64,000 bases of DNA from Octopus sinensis. Its lineage: Eukaryota. The first letter of the stretch is position 1, and every line of letters starts with the position of its first letter. This document shows, one piece after another, positions 1-11,720 of this stretch. The stretch lies in the NCBI RefSeq assembly GCF_006345805.1, contig NW_021833015.1:1-64000 (forward strand), written 5' to 3'. The position numbers and the translations under genes are program-made. The notes beneath the pieces are model-generated. The model worked only from the letters and a program-made list of their open reading frames with translations. It was not told the origin of the DNA and made no database searches.

Positions 1-420
1 GTACTTTGCGAGAGCAATGCAATAAGTAACGCAGAACTGAAGTTTATATGGCTGACTCAAAAATTCTTGAAAACTGCCCCAGCATGACCATAGCTCACTA
101 GATGAAACCAGTAAAAGAAATAGATACACACACACTATATATATATACATATATATACACACATATATATATACAGACACACATTTATACAGATATACAT
201 ATACACACACATCAACATATATATACATATATACACACATTTATACAGATATACATATACACACACATCAACATATATATACATATATACACACACATCT
301 ACATATATATATACATACATATATACACATACACACACACATACACATACACACACATATACATACACACACATATATATACACACACACATGTGTATAT
401 ATACGCACACACACACCACA

Positions 421-845
421 TCATCATCATCATCATCATCGTTTAACGTCCGTTTTCCGCGCTAGCATGGGTTGGACGGTTCGACTGGGGTCTGGGAAGC
501 CAGGGTCTGCACCAGGCTCCAGTCTGATCTGGCAGAGTTTCTACAGCTGGATGCCCTTCCTAACGCCAACCACTCCGCGAGTGTAGTGGGTGCTTTTTAC
601 GTGCCACCTGCACAGGTGCCAGGGGCGTGCAGCATCGCCCACGATCAGTTGGAGCTTTTAACGTGCCACGGGCACGGAAGCCAGCCAAGGCGGCGCTGGC
701 AACGGCCACAATTGGATTGGTGCTTTTTATGTGCCACCGGCACAGAAGCCAGTCGAGGCGGCGCTGGCAACGGCCACAATTGGATTGGTGCTTTTTATGT
801 GCCACCGGCACAGAAGCCAGTCGAGGCGGCGCTGGCATCGGCCTA
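421..845 (-). mobile_element. SINE-like retroposon 3' part (ATG-tailed family) with internal ~67-bp tandem units
   Basis: Sense strand ends GGACGTTAAACGATGATGATG and contains GTTGGCGTTAGGAAGGGCATCCAGCTGTAG. Other copies at about 7022-7160(-), 14050-14600(-), 23090-23435(+), 25494-25760(-), 28390-28580(+), 45170-45455(+), 46430-46900(+), 50760-51165(+) and 60540-60760(-). Confidence 0.8.
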
Positions 846-949
846 AAGATGTAATGATGACCTCGGCGGAATTTCGCATTTCGCCCGGCGTGCTAACCAC
901 CATATTTATATCTATATATCTATATATATGTACACAGACACACGTAGAG

Positions 950-1164
950 ATGATACATAGACAGACAGATAGATAGATAGATAGATAAATATACACTTAA
1001 CCATACAAACACACACACGTGTGTATATATATATAATCAATATCAAAACTTCCCAGGCTGTGTGTTTAATTGCTGTAGAAGGTTTCATTCTTTCTCCACT
1101 CAATATATTGATTTATTTACTTCTACACTAAAACTCCATTGGGAATCTTACATACACACACACC

Positions 1165-1229
<65 letters not shown>

Positions 1230-1570
1230 CACACATACATACATACCACATATATATATATATATAAACACACACCACACACGCACACATATATAAATAT
1301 ATATATATAAACACACACCCATATAACATATATATAAACCACACACACATATATAATATATATATATAAACACACACCACACACACACCACACAAATATA
1401 TATAAACTCCACACACACACACACAATATATAAACACACACACACACACACACATAAATATATATAAACACCACACACATAAATATAACACACACACACA
1501 TGTAAATATATATATATATATATATTATATATTACATATATATGTATATATATAATATATATATACATAC

Positions 1571-1601
<31 letters not shown>

Positions 1602-1823
1602 AACACACCACAACACACACACATAAATATATATATATAAACACACACATACACAAACACACACATATATAATATATATATAACACACACCACTATATAA
1701 CATATATATATAAACACACACCCACCACACACACCCACAATATATATAAACACACACACACTAATATAAACACACACACACACACACACACTATATATAT
1801 ATATGTGTGTATATATATTATAT

Positions 1824-1887
<64 letters not shown>

Positions 1888-1900
1888 TACATGTACATAC
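950..1900. repeat. Compound (TA)n/(CA)n microsatellite block; similar blocks at 120-420, 8460-8700, 9280-9670, 46150-46390, 51390-51660, 51870-52180 and 58130-58530; (GA)-rich block at 63420-63740
   Basis: Dinucleotide low-complexity sequence directly visible. It explains most ORFs in the supplied track. Confidence 0.95.
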
Positions 1901-2184
1901 AGTGTCACACAAAAATATCACAGATTATATACAGCTAAATTGTATACAGCTAATGAATCTACATACATAAACTCCACCCCCACCACCACACACACACACA
2001 ATTACTGCATGTACGAGCGTCAACATTTTACATGTTTTTCCCAGGACGGCGTAGACTGGACATGTCTGGATGTGTCTCATCTTCTGCCAACCGATCTGGA
2101 ACACACAGCAACAGAAGGAAAACTAGTCAACAACAATCGCTGAGCATAAGGCTTTCTAATATATAGAGTAAGTGGATTGGGAAT

Positions 2185-2985
2185 ACTCTCTCTCTTTTAC
2201 TTGTTTCAGTCATTTGACTGTGGCCATGCTGGAGCACCGCCCTTTAGTCGAGCAAATTGACCCCGGGACTTATTCTTTTTTTGTAAGCCCAGTACTTATT
2301 CTATCGGTCTCTTTTGCCAAACTGCTAAGTGACGGGGACGTAAACACACCAGCATCGGTTGTCAAGCAATGCTAGGGGGACAAACACAGACACACAAACA
2401 CACACACATACATATATATACATATATACGACAGGCTTCTTTTCAGTTTCCGTCTACCAAATCCACTCACAAGGCATTGGTTGGCCCGGGGCTATAGCAG
2501 AAAACACTGCAGCCATGCTGGAGCACCGCCTTTAGTCGAACAAATCGACCCCGGGACTTATTCTTTGTAAGCCCAGTACTTATTCTATCGGTCTCTTTTA
2601 CTTGTTTCAGTCATTTGACTGCGACCATGCTAAAGCACCGCCTTTAATCAAGCAAATCGACCCCGGGACTTATTCTTTGTAAGCCTAGTACTTATTCTAT
2701 CGGACTCTTTTGCTGAACCGCTAAGTAACGGGGACATAAACACACCAGCATCGGTTGTCAAGCAATGCTAGGGGGACAAACACAGACACACAAACACACT
2801 CATGCACATATATATATATATATACGACAGGCTTCTTTCAGTTTCCGTCTACCAAATCCACTCACAAGGCTTTGGTCGGCCCGAGGCTATAGTAGAAGAC
2901 ACTTGCCCCAGGTGCCACGCAGTGGGAATGAACCTTGAACCATGTGATCAGTAAGCAAGCTACTAACCAAACAACCACTCCTGGG
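2185..2985 (-). mobile_element. Two adjacent OK-like SINE copies with a duplicated 3' segment
   Basis: Reverse complement of the family consensus. Further minus-strand copies at about 11830-12238, 16270-16945, 25945-26360, 34660-35030, 36750-37185, 37630-38055, 44280-44700, 57480-57865, 59840-60275 and 62715-63240. Confidence 0.85.
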
Positions 2986-3061
2986 TGACAATTTCATAAA
3001 CTGTTTGTGTGTGTGTGTGTGTGTATAATATGCCCAGTATAGATCTGGGAAAACCACATTT

Positions 3062-4246
3062 GGATCTATTCAGTTTGAACAGCAGTTTTTTCTAGCAGTA
3101 TCATATGAAATTGTCACCCATAATTATGACCTAGTATCGATCTATTGCATTTCAATCTATTTTAGGTTAGTGTTCGGGGTGGGGGTAAGAGTATCTTTTT
3201 TTCTTCACAAATGTAAATAAATCCAATTTGTTTCTTAAACGAGGGACATACTCATACGGCATAGAATCTTTTTTACCTCAATAGACGTCAGTGATTTGTT
3301 GAAATTGCAGAAATTGAAGGAAAAAAAAATTTTTTCTTACAAACTATAGAATTTTCTCAATAAAGCCAAGAGAAAAAGATGTTTTATAAACACATTCTAC
3401 CAGTATATGATGTTTAAAATTTTTTAGTTACCTAGAAATTATGTTAAAAACTGCCAGTCAAACCGAAAAGATCCATAAATAAACCCAATCTGTTTCTTAA
3501 ACAAGGGACATATTCATACGGCACAGAATCTTTTTTACCTCAATAGACATCATTGATTGGTTGAAATTGCAGAAATTGAAGAAAAAAAACAAAATATATC
3601 TTACAAACTATAGAATTTTCTCAATATAGCCAAGAGAAGAAAGATGTTTTATAAACACATTCTACCAGTAAACGAAGTTTAAAATTTTTTAGTTACCTAG
3701 AAATTATGTTAAAAACTGCCGTTCAAACTGAAAAGATCCATAAATAGACCCAATCTGTTTCTTAAACGAGGGACATTTTCATACGGCACAGAATGTTTTT
3801 TACCTCAATAGACGTCAGTGATTGGTTGAAATTGCAGAAATTGAAGGAAAAAAAATTTTTTCTTACAAACCTAGAATTTTCTCAATAAAGTCAAGAGAAA
3901 AAGATGTTTTATAAACACATTCTACCAGTATACGAAGTTTAAAAGTGTTTAGTTACGTGGAAATTATTTTAAAACCTGCCGTTCAAACCGAAAAGATCCG
4001 TTTCTTAAACGAGGGACATATTCATATGGCACAGAATGTTTTTTACCTCAATAGACGTTAGTGATTGGTTGAAATTGCAGAAATTGAAGAAAAAAAACAA
4101 CAAATATCTTACAAACTATAGAATTTTCTCAATAAAGCCAAGAGAAAAAGATGTTTTATAAACACATTCTACCAGTATACGAAGTTTAAAATTTTTTAGT
4201 TACCTAGAAATTATGATAAAAACTGCCGTTCAAACGGAAAAGGTCC
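3062..4246. mobile_element. TIR element (MITE) whose right ~260 bp including the TIR is tandemly repeated 4 times
   Basis: Left TIR GGATCTATTCAGTTTGAACAGCAGTTTTT; right AAAAACTGCCGTTCAAACGGAAAAGGTCC. Right-TIR copies end at 3474, 3739, 3999 and 4246. Confidence 0.8.
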
Positions 4247-4710
4247 CAATATTTTAAATGAGCATGCAACACAAAGTTGCAGAGAACTCGTGTGTTTCAC
4301 TCACACACACACACACACAGAAAGAAAGAAAAAGAATATAGAGAAGGGTCCAAGAGTTTCATATGCGTGCGTGTGTGTGTGTGTGTGGTCTGAATGTGAG
4401 TGATAGAAAGAACAAAAAAAAGAGAAATTCAATAATTTTCCACACACAGAGAGACAGAGACGGGGGAGGGAGGAGTTGGATGGAAGGAAGTGTACAGTGG
4501 GGGGGAAGGAAATAAAGTGGTTGCGGTGGTGGTGGTGGTGGTAGTGGTGTGGGTGGGTTGGTTGGTTGGTGGGGGTAGTGGGAAATGTTGAAGTTTAAAA
4601 GGAAGTCTGAGAGTAGCATTAAGTGAGATAGAGACAGTATAAAAATGGGAATTGCCACCAGCTAGTAGTGAGAGCAGGGTGGGAGATGTGGTGGCAGCTG
4701 CAAAAGTGGT

Positions 4711-4745
<35 letters not shown>

Positions 4746-4969
4746 TAGTAGTATAGAGTAGTAGTACTAATAGTAGTGTTGTTATGATAAAAGCAGTGAT
4801 GAGAGTAAAGGACTAGCAATTACTAAGTGTAGCCAAGGAGGCTAAACTCAACAGAAATAGCAGCCAAATCTTCCTCAAACCAGACTATCTTACCTATGTA
4901 TACATGTATGTGTGAGCCAAGGAATAAGCACCCCCTGACACAATAGCCAACCTGCTAAAAATTCCAGCC

Positions 4970-5360
4970 AAATCACCCTCAAATGACACCCTGCTGCCTT
5001 GTGTATCTATGAGCAACAAAGAAGGCCTCTATTATAGCAGCTAGTGACTAGAAGTAGCAACCAAAGCTCCCTCAAATCACACCTTACTATCTTATGCATG
5101 TAGGAGCCCACCACGTAATGGCTAGACTTGCTAAAAATAGCAACCAAATTTCCCTCAAATGACACCCTGCTGCCTTGTGTATCTATGAGCAACAATGAAG
5201 GCCTCTATTATAGCAGCTAGTGACTAGAAGTAGCAACCAAAGCTCCCTCAAATCACACCTTACTATCTTATGCATGTAGGAGCCCACCATGTAATGGCTA
5301 GACTTGCTAAAAATAGCAACCAAATTTCCCTCAAATGACACCCTGCTGCCTTATGTATCC
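4970..5360. repeat. 176-bp tandem repeat (about 2.2 copies), itself made of two ~88-bp subunits
   Basis: AAATGACACCCTGCTGCC recurs at 4981, 5157 and 5333. Confidence 0.85.
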
Positions 5361-5850
5361 TATGAGTGAATGAGGAAGAGCTCTACATGGTAGCAAGACC
5401 AGGCAGAAACAGCAGTCAAATTTCCCTATATATATGTTTCTTTATTACCCACAAGGGGCTAAACACAGAGGGGACAAACAAGGACAGACAAACGAATTAA
5501 GTTGATTACATCGAGCCCAGTACACAACTGGTACTTAATTTATCAACTCTGAAAGGATGAAAGGCAAAGTCGACCTCGGCAGAATCTGAACTCAGAACGT
5601 AGCAGCAGACGAAATACCTATTTCTTTATTACCCACAAGGGGCTAAACACAGAGGGGACAAACAAGGACAGACAAACGAATTAAGTTGATTACATCGACT
5701 CCAGTACACAACTGGTACTTAATTTATCAACTCTGAAAGGATGAAAGGCAAAGTTGACCTCGGCGGAATTTGAACTCAGAACGTGACAGCAGACGAAATA
5801 CGGCTACGCATTTCGCCCGGCGTGCTAACGATTCTGCCAGCTAGCCGCCC

Positions 5851-5895
<45 letters not shown>

Positions 5896-6344
5896 GCAAA
5901 CATACACGCGCATACAAGCACAAATGTTGTTGCTTCTTCCAGCCACAACTTGCCTAAAGACCCTGTGCACCCGCAATCAAGACCCAGAATAGCAAGAGAC
6001 TGACTCAACCAAGATAAAATATATTAATCTTACTATGAGGCATTGAGTACTCTTTTCCCTGAAAGTCAAATATGAAACGGTTTTGTGTGTATGTGTGTAG
6101 ATGCAGTATTTTTTTTCACACACTCTTTCTATACACAGCCAGACCTAACCCCCCTCCACTGTCTTTATCACCTACCCCCACCTCCCATACGATTTTTAGT
6201 TGGTTATCTTACCTCCCACCACCACCACCAGTTTGTGTATAACGGTTGCTTTACTGCTTTAATAAAGGGAGGTAGGCAAAAGTGACTCTGAACTGACAGG
6301 GGACATAACCACTGCTGCAGAAACGGAATACTTTTGGTATATTC

Positions 6345-6990
6345 TTTGCTGTGTGGTAAGTAGCTTGCTTACGAACCACATGGTTCCAGGTTCAGTCCCA
6401 CTGCGTGGCATCTTGGGCAAGTGTCTTCTACTATAGCCTCGGGCCGACCAAAGCCTTGTGAGTGGATTTGGTAGACGGAAACTGAAAGAAGCCCGTTGTA
6501 TGTATGTATATATATATGTATGTGTGTGTGTATGTTTGTGTGTCTGTGTTTGTCCCACTAGCATTGCTTGACAACAGATGCTGGTGTGTTTACGTGTGGT
6601 AAGTAGCTTGCTTACGAACCACATGGTTCCGGGTTCAGACCCACTGCGTGGCACCTTGGGCAAGTGTCTTCTACTATAGCCTCGGGCCGACCAAATCCTT
6701 GTGGGTGGATTTGGTAGACGGAAACTGAAAGAAGTCTGTCGTATGTATGTATATATATATGTATGTGTGTGTGTATGTTTGTGTGTCTGTGTTTGTCCCA
6801 CTAGCATTGCTTGACAACAGACGCTGGTGTGTTTACGTGTGGTAAGTAGCTTGCTTACGAACCACATGGTTCCGGGTTCAGTCCCACTGCGTGGCCCCTT
6901 GGGCAAGTGTCTTCTACTATAGCCTCGGGCCAACCAAAGCCTTGTGAGTGGATTTGGTTGACAGAAACTGAAAGAAGCTCGTCGTATATA

Positions 6991-7010
<20 letters not shown>
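6345..7010 (+). mobile_element. Trimer of the 5' ~243 bp of the OK-like SINE
   Basis: Units start GTGTGGTAAGTAGCTTGC at 6351, 6595 and 6837. Junction GTGTTTAC|GTGTGGTAAG. Confidence 0.85.
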
Positions 7011-7026
<16 letters not shown>

Positions 7027-7328
7027 ATCATCATCGTTTAACATCCGGTTTCCATGCTAGCATGGGTTGGACGATTTGACTGAGGACTGGCGAACCAGAT
7101 GGCTGCACCAGGCTCCAATCTTGATCTGGCAGAGTTTCTAAAGCTGGATGCCCTTCCTATATATATATATGTATGTGTGTGTGTATATGTTTGTGTGTCT
7201 GTGTTTGTCCCCAACAACATCGCTTGACAACAGATGGTGGTGTATTCTCGTCCCCCGTAACTTAGTGGTTCGGAAAAAGAGACCGATAGAATAAGTACTA
7301 GGCTTACAAAGAATAAGTCCTTTGTATA

Positions 7329-7377
<49 letters not shown>

Positions 7378-7381
7378 ATAT

Positions 7382-7565
7382 AGTTAATCGAAACATGAAA
7401 ACACAACAACGCGAGGACATGGAACAAATATAGTATTATTGGACGCTCAGGAAAGAAGGAGGGTTTAACGTTTCAAGCGGAGCTCTTCGTCGGAAACATA
7501 GAAGGAAAGATCCAGAAAAGGGAAGACGGAAGAAAAAAATCGCCAACAGTACACACACAGTCACA
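7382..7565 (-). mobile_element. Penelope-like terminal-repeat fragment (family Z) with a hammerhead-like fold at 7463-7497
   Basis: The minus strand reads GTTT CCGACGA A GAGC TCC GCTT GAA AC GT T AAAC. The element sits in a (TA)n tract. Confidence 0.6.
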
Positions 7566-10128
7566 TATATATACAATGGGCTTCTTTCAGTTTCCGTGTA
7601 CCAAATCCACTCACAAGGCTTTGGCCGGCCAAAGACACACTAATGCAAGCACGATATATATATATATATATATAGTGTATAGGTGCGGGCATGGTTATGT
7701 GGTAAAAAACTTGCTTTAAACCCACATAGTTTCAGGTTCAGTCCAACTGCATGGCAACTTGGGTAAGTTTCTCCTCCGGTAGCCTCGGGTAACCAAAAGT
7801 CTTGTGAGGGGAATTGGTAGACAGAACTGAAACAGCTTGCTTCCCTACAGTTACTTGGTAACCAGTGTTGGTTTGTTTAAATCCAGCTTGTTAAATCCAT
7901 AACTTGGACGTTTTCCTCGAAAGAGACTAATGGAATAAGTACCAAGTTTAAAAAGAATAAGTCCCGGGGTCGATTTGCCACACAGTGGGACTGAACCAAA
8001 AACCATATGGTTGGGAAGCAAGGTCTTACCACACAGCCATGCCTGTGCCTAAATATGCGTGTGTGTGTGTGTGTGTGTGTATAATATATGTGTGTGTGTC
8101 TGTCGTTACGTTCTGTCGTGAGTTCAAATTCCGCCAAGGTCGACTTTGTCTTTCATCCTTTCGGGGTCGATAAATTAAGTACCAGTTACGCACTGGGGTC
8201 GATATAATCGACTTAATCCGTTTGTCTGTCCTTGTTTGTCCCCTCTGTGTTTAGCCCCTTATGAGTAGTAAAGAAATAAGTATTTCATCTGCCGCTACGT
8301 TCGGAGTTCAAATTCCACCGAGGTCGACTTTGCCTTTCATCCTTTTGGGGTCGATAAATTAAGTACCAGTTATGCACTGGAGTCAATATAATCGACTTAA
8401 TCCGTTTATCTGTCTTTGTTTGTCCCCTCTGTGTTTAGCCCCTTGTGGGTAGTAAAGAAATATATGTGTGTGTGTGTGTGTGTGTGTGTATATAATATAT
8501 ATATGTGTGTGTGTGTGTATGATATATGTGTGTGTGTGTATATAATATATATGTGTGTGTGTGTATATAATATATATGTGTGTGTGTATAATATATATAT
8601 GTGTGTGTGTATATAATATATATATATATGTGTGTGTGTGTGTATGATATAATGTGTGTGTGTGTATATGATATATATGTGTGTGTGTGTGTGTGTGTGA
8701 ATTTAGCAATAGGTATGCATGTACTGACTTGTTGCTGTGTATGCATGGGGGGTGGTGCTTACAGTCATGTGTGTGTGTGTTTGTGATTATAGATAACTGT
8801 GTCTAAAGTGAAGTGAAGGTATGTGTGTGTATGGTCATCAATTATAGATGTGTGTACGCTTTCATAACTGTGTGTATGTGAGAAAGCGAGAGAGAGAGAG
8901 AGAGAGAGGTAAAACATGTTGACGGTGGGGGCTGACTGTTCCCTTGATAAATGAGAAGAAAGAGGGGCTGGCCATGCCAGTGTGAACACAGATGAAATAA
9001 AGGGAGATGAAATGAGGAATGCGGAGTGAAGTGTCTGGGGGCGGGGAGAAGGGAGAGGAGGAAAAAGGGTTGTGGGGTCCCAATTGAAAAACCAGGCAGG
9101 AAGATTAAAAGACACAGTGTCTAACCAAAAGGCAATCAGGATGCCTGTGTGTGTGTGTGTGTGTGGGTGCAGGAGTACCTACACATGAGCCTGTGCATGC
9201 TTGCACATGTGTGTGTGTGTGTGTACCTACAAATGTGTGCATATCTATACAAAGATTCATGCTTGTATAAGTGTATGTGTGTGTGTGTGTATGTGTGCAT
9301 GTGTGTGTACGTGTGTGTGTATGTGTGTGTACGTGCGTGTGTATGTGTGTGTGTATGTGTGCATAATATATATGTGTGTGTATAATATGTGTGTGTGTGT
9401 GTATAATATATGTGTGTGCATAATATATGTGTGTGTGTGTATAATATATATGTGTGTGTGCATAATATATGTGTGTGTATAATATATATGTGTGTGTGCA
9501 TAATATGTGTGTGTGTGTGCATATATATGTGTGTGTGTGCATAATATATGTGTGTGTGTATAATATATATATGTGTGTGTGGGGGGGTGTAATATATATA
9601 CGTGTGTGTGTGTATAATATATGTGTGTGTGTGTATAATATATATATATGTGTGTGTGTGTGTGTATGTATATGAACACACAGTCGTCATCATCATCATC
9701 ATCAAGTAACCCACTCACCCTCACCCTTACCGTACCTTAATATTTCTGCTGGTGCTTCAAAGGTCCTCAAAGTATCCCCTAAGGTATTTAGGCTCATAGT
9801 TAGTACATACATACCACAAAACAAATTTTTTTTAAAATTCAGTCACTGCTACCTCCAGAGCTGCTGTTATTGTTCAACCCTAGGTCAAGTCCTGATCAAA
9901 ACCAATCCAAACATGGCCACCTCCAAACTATTATTTTACAGATAAAATTTTACAACATGATAGGCACAGACGTGGCTGTACGGTTAAGAAGTTTGGCTCC
10001 AATCCACATGGTTACAGGTTCAATCCCAGTGTGGAATCATAGACAGGTGTCTTCTACTATCGCCCAGGGTAAACAAAAGCCTTATGAGTGGATTTAGTAG
10101 ATGGAGACTGAAAGAAGCCCGTAATGTG

Positions 10129-10161
<33 letters not shown>

Positions 10162-10209
10162 TAATCTTCTTTTGCCCTGTAAGCAAGTGTTACTGTCATA
10201 CAAGCAGTA

Positions 10210-11720
10210 ACATCATCATCATCTTTTAACGTCCACTTTCCATGCTGGCATGGGTTGGACGGTTTGACTGAGGACTGGCAAACCAGTGGGCTGCAGCAGG
10301 CTCCAATCTGATCTGGTACGGTTTCTACAGCTGGATGCCCTTCCTAATGCCAATCACTCTGAGAGTGTAGTGGGTGCTTTTTACGTGCCACTCGCATGAG
10401 GGCCAATCAGGCGGTACTGGCATCAACCATGCTTGAATGGTGCTTTTTACATACCACCAGTACGGGAGCCAATCAGGCGGTACTGGTATCAACCATGCTT
10501 GAGTGGTGCTTTTTACATACCACCAGTACGGGAGCCAATCAGGCGGTACTGGTATCAACCATGCTTGAATGGTGCTTTTTACATACCACCAGTACGGGAG
10601 CCAATCAGGCGGTACTGGTATCAACCATGCTTGAATGGTGCTTTTTACGTACCACCAGTACGGGAGCCAATCAGGCGGTACTGGTATCAACCATGCTTGA
10701 GTGGTGCTTTTTACATACCACCAGTACGGGAGCCAATCAGGCAGTACTGGTATCAACCATGCTTGAATGGTGCTTTTTACATACCACCAGTACGGGAGCC
10801 AATCAGGCGGTACTGGTATCAACCATGCTTGAATGGTGCTTTTTACATACCACCAGTACGGGAGCCAATCAGGCGGTACTGGTATCAACCATGCTTGAAT
10901 GGTGCTTTTTACATACCACCAGTACGGGAGCCAATCAGGCGGTAACTGGTATCAACCATGCTTGATGGTGCTTTTTACATACCACCAGTACGGAGCCAAT
11001 CAGGCGGTACTGGTATCACCATGCTTGTGTGGTGCTTTTTACGTACCACCAGTACGGGAGCCAATCAGGCGGTACTGGTATCAACCATGCTTGAATGGTG
11101 CTTTTTACGTACCACCAGTACGGAGCCAATCAGGCGGTACTGGTATCAACCATGCTTGAGTGGTGCTTTTTACGTACCACCAGTACGGGAGCCAATCAGG
11201 CGGTACTGGTATCAACCATGCTTGAGTGGTGCTTTTTACGTACCACCAGTACGGGAGCCAATCAGGCGGTACTGGTATCAACCATGCTTGAGTGGTGCTT
11301 TTTACATACCACCAGTACGGGAGCCAGTCAGGTGGTACTGGTATCAACCATGCTTGAATGGTGCTTTTTACGTGCCACCAGCACGGGAGCCAGTCAGGCG
11401 GCACTGGCAATGGCCATGCTCAAATGGTGCTATTTATGTGCCATCGGCACAGGACCAGTCAGCCAGCACTGGCATCGACCATGTTCAAATGGTGCTTTTT
11501 ACATGCCACCAGCATGGAGGTACTGGCATTGACCACAATAACGACTTCACCTGACTCAACAGGTCCTCAAAAGCACCGTTTATTGCCCGATGATTGAAGG
11601 GTGCTCTTAAATGGGCTGGTTATGCTGCACTGGCAAAGACCACAGTTACAGTCTCACTTGGCTTGCCAGGTCTTCTACGAAAATATATCTGGCTGTTGGG
11701 AAATATTAACCTACTTGTAA
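10210..11720 (-). mobile_element. ATG-tailed SINE-like element with an internal 66-bp minisatellite expanded to about 17 units (10373-11510)
   Basis: Unit GGTGCTTTTTACATACCACCAGTACGGGAGCCAATCAGGCGGTACTGGTATCAACCATGCTTGAAT with period 66 (10439, 10505, 10571 and so on). Confidence 0.88.

Noticed and set aside
102-1921. Many 60-200-aa ORFs rich in Y/I/H/T/C/V, here and at 8383-9724, 43630-44341, 46150-46526, 47712-48331, 51299-52262, 57957-58566 and 63321-63980
   Set aside because: They are translations of (TA)n, (CA)n and (GA)n microsatellites that simply lack stop codons; no splice or domain support.
10940-11130. Cluster of single-base indels in the 66-bp array (similar at about 20497 and 20592)
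   Set aside because: More likely consensus or sequencing errors in a repeat than real variants; needs raw reads.
10373-11510. CRISPR-like look of regularly spaced GGTGCTTTTTAC repeats (also 61615-62200 and 31405-33945)
   Set aside because: The intervening sequences are copies of each other rather than unique spacers, there are no cas genes and the context is a eukaryotic intron.
10325-11554. Long repetitive ORFs on both strands (also 61473-62336 and 6259-7044)
   Set aside because: Products of 66-bp, 60-bp and 243-bp tandem units; open frames on several strands at once argue against coding.
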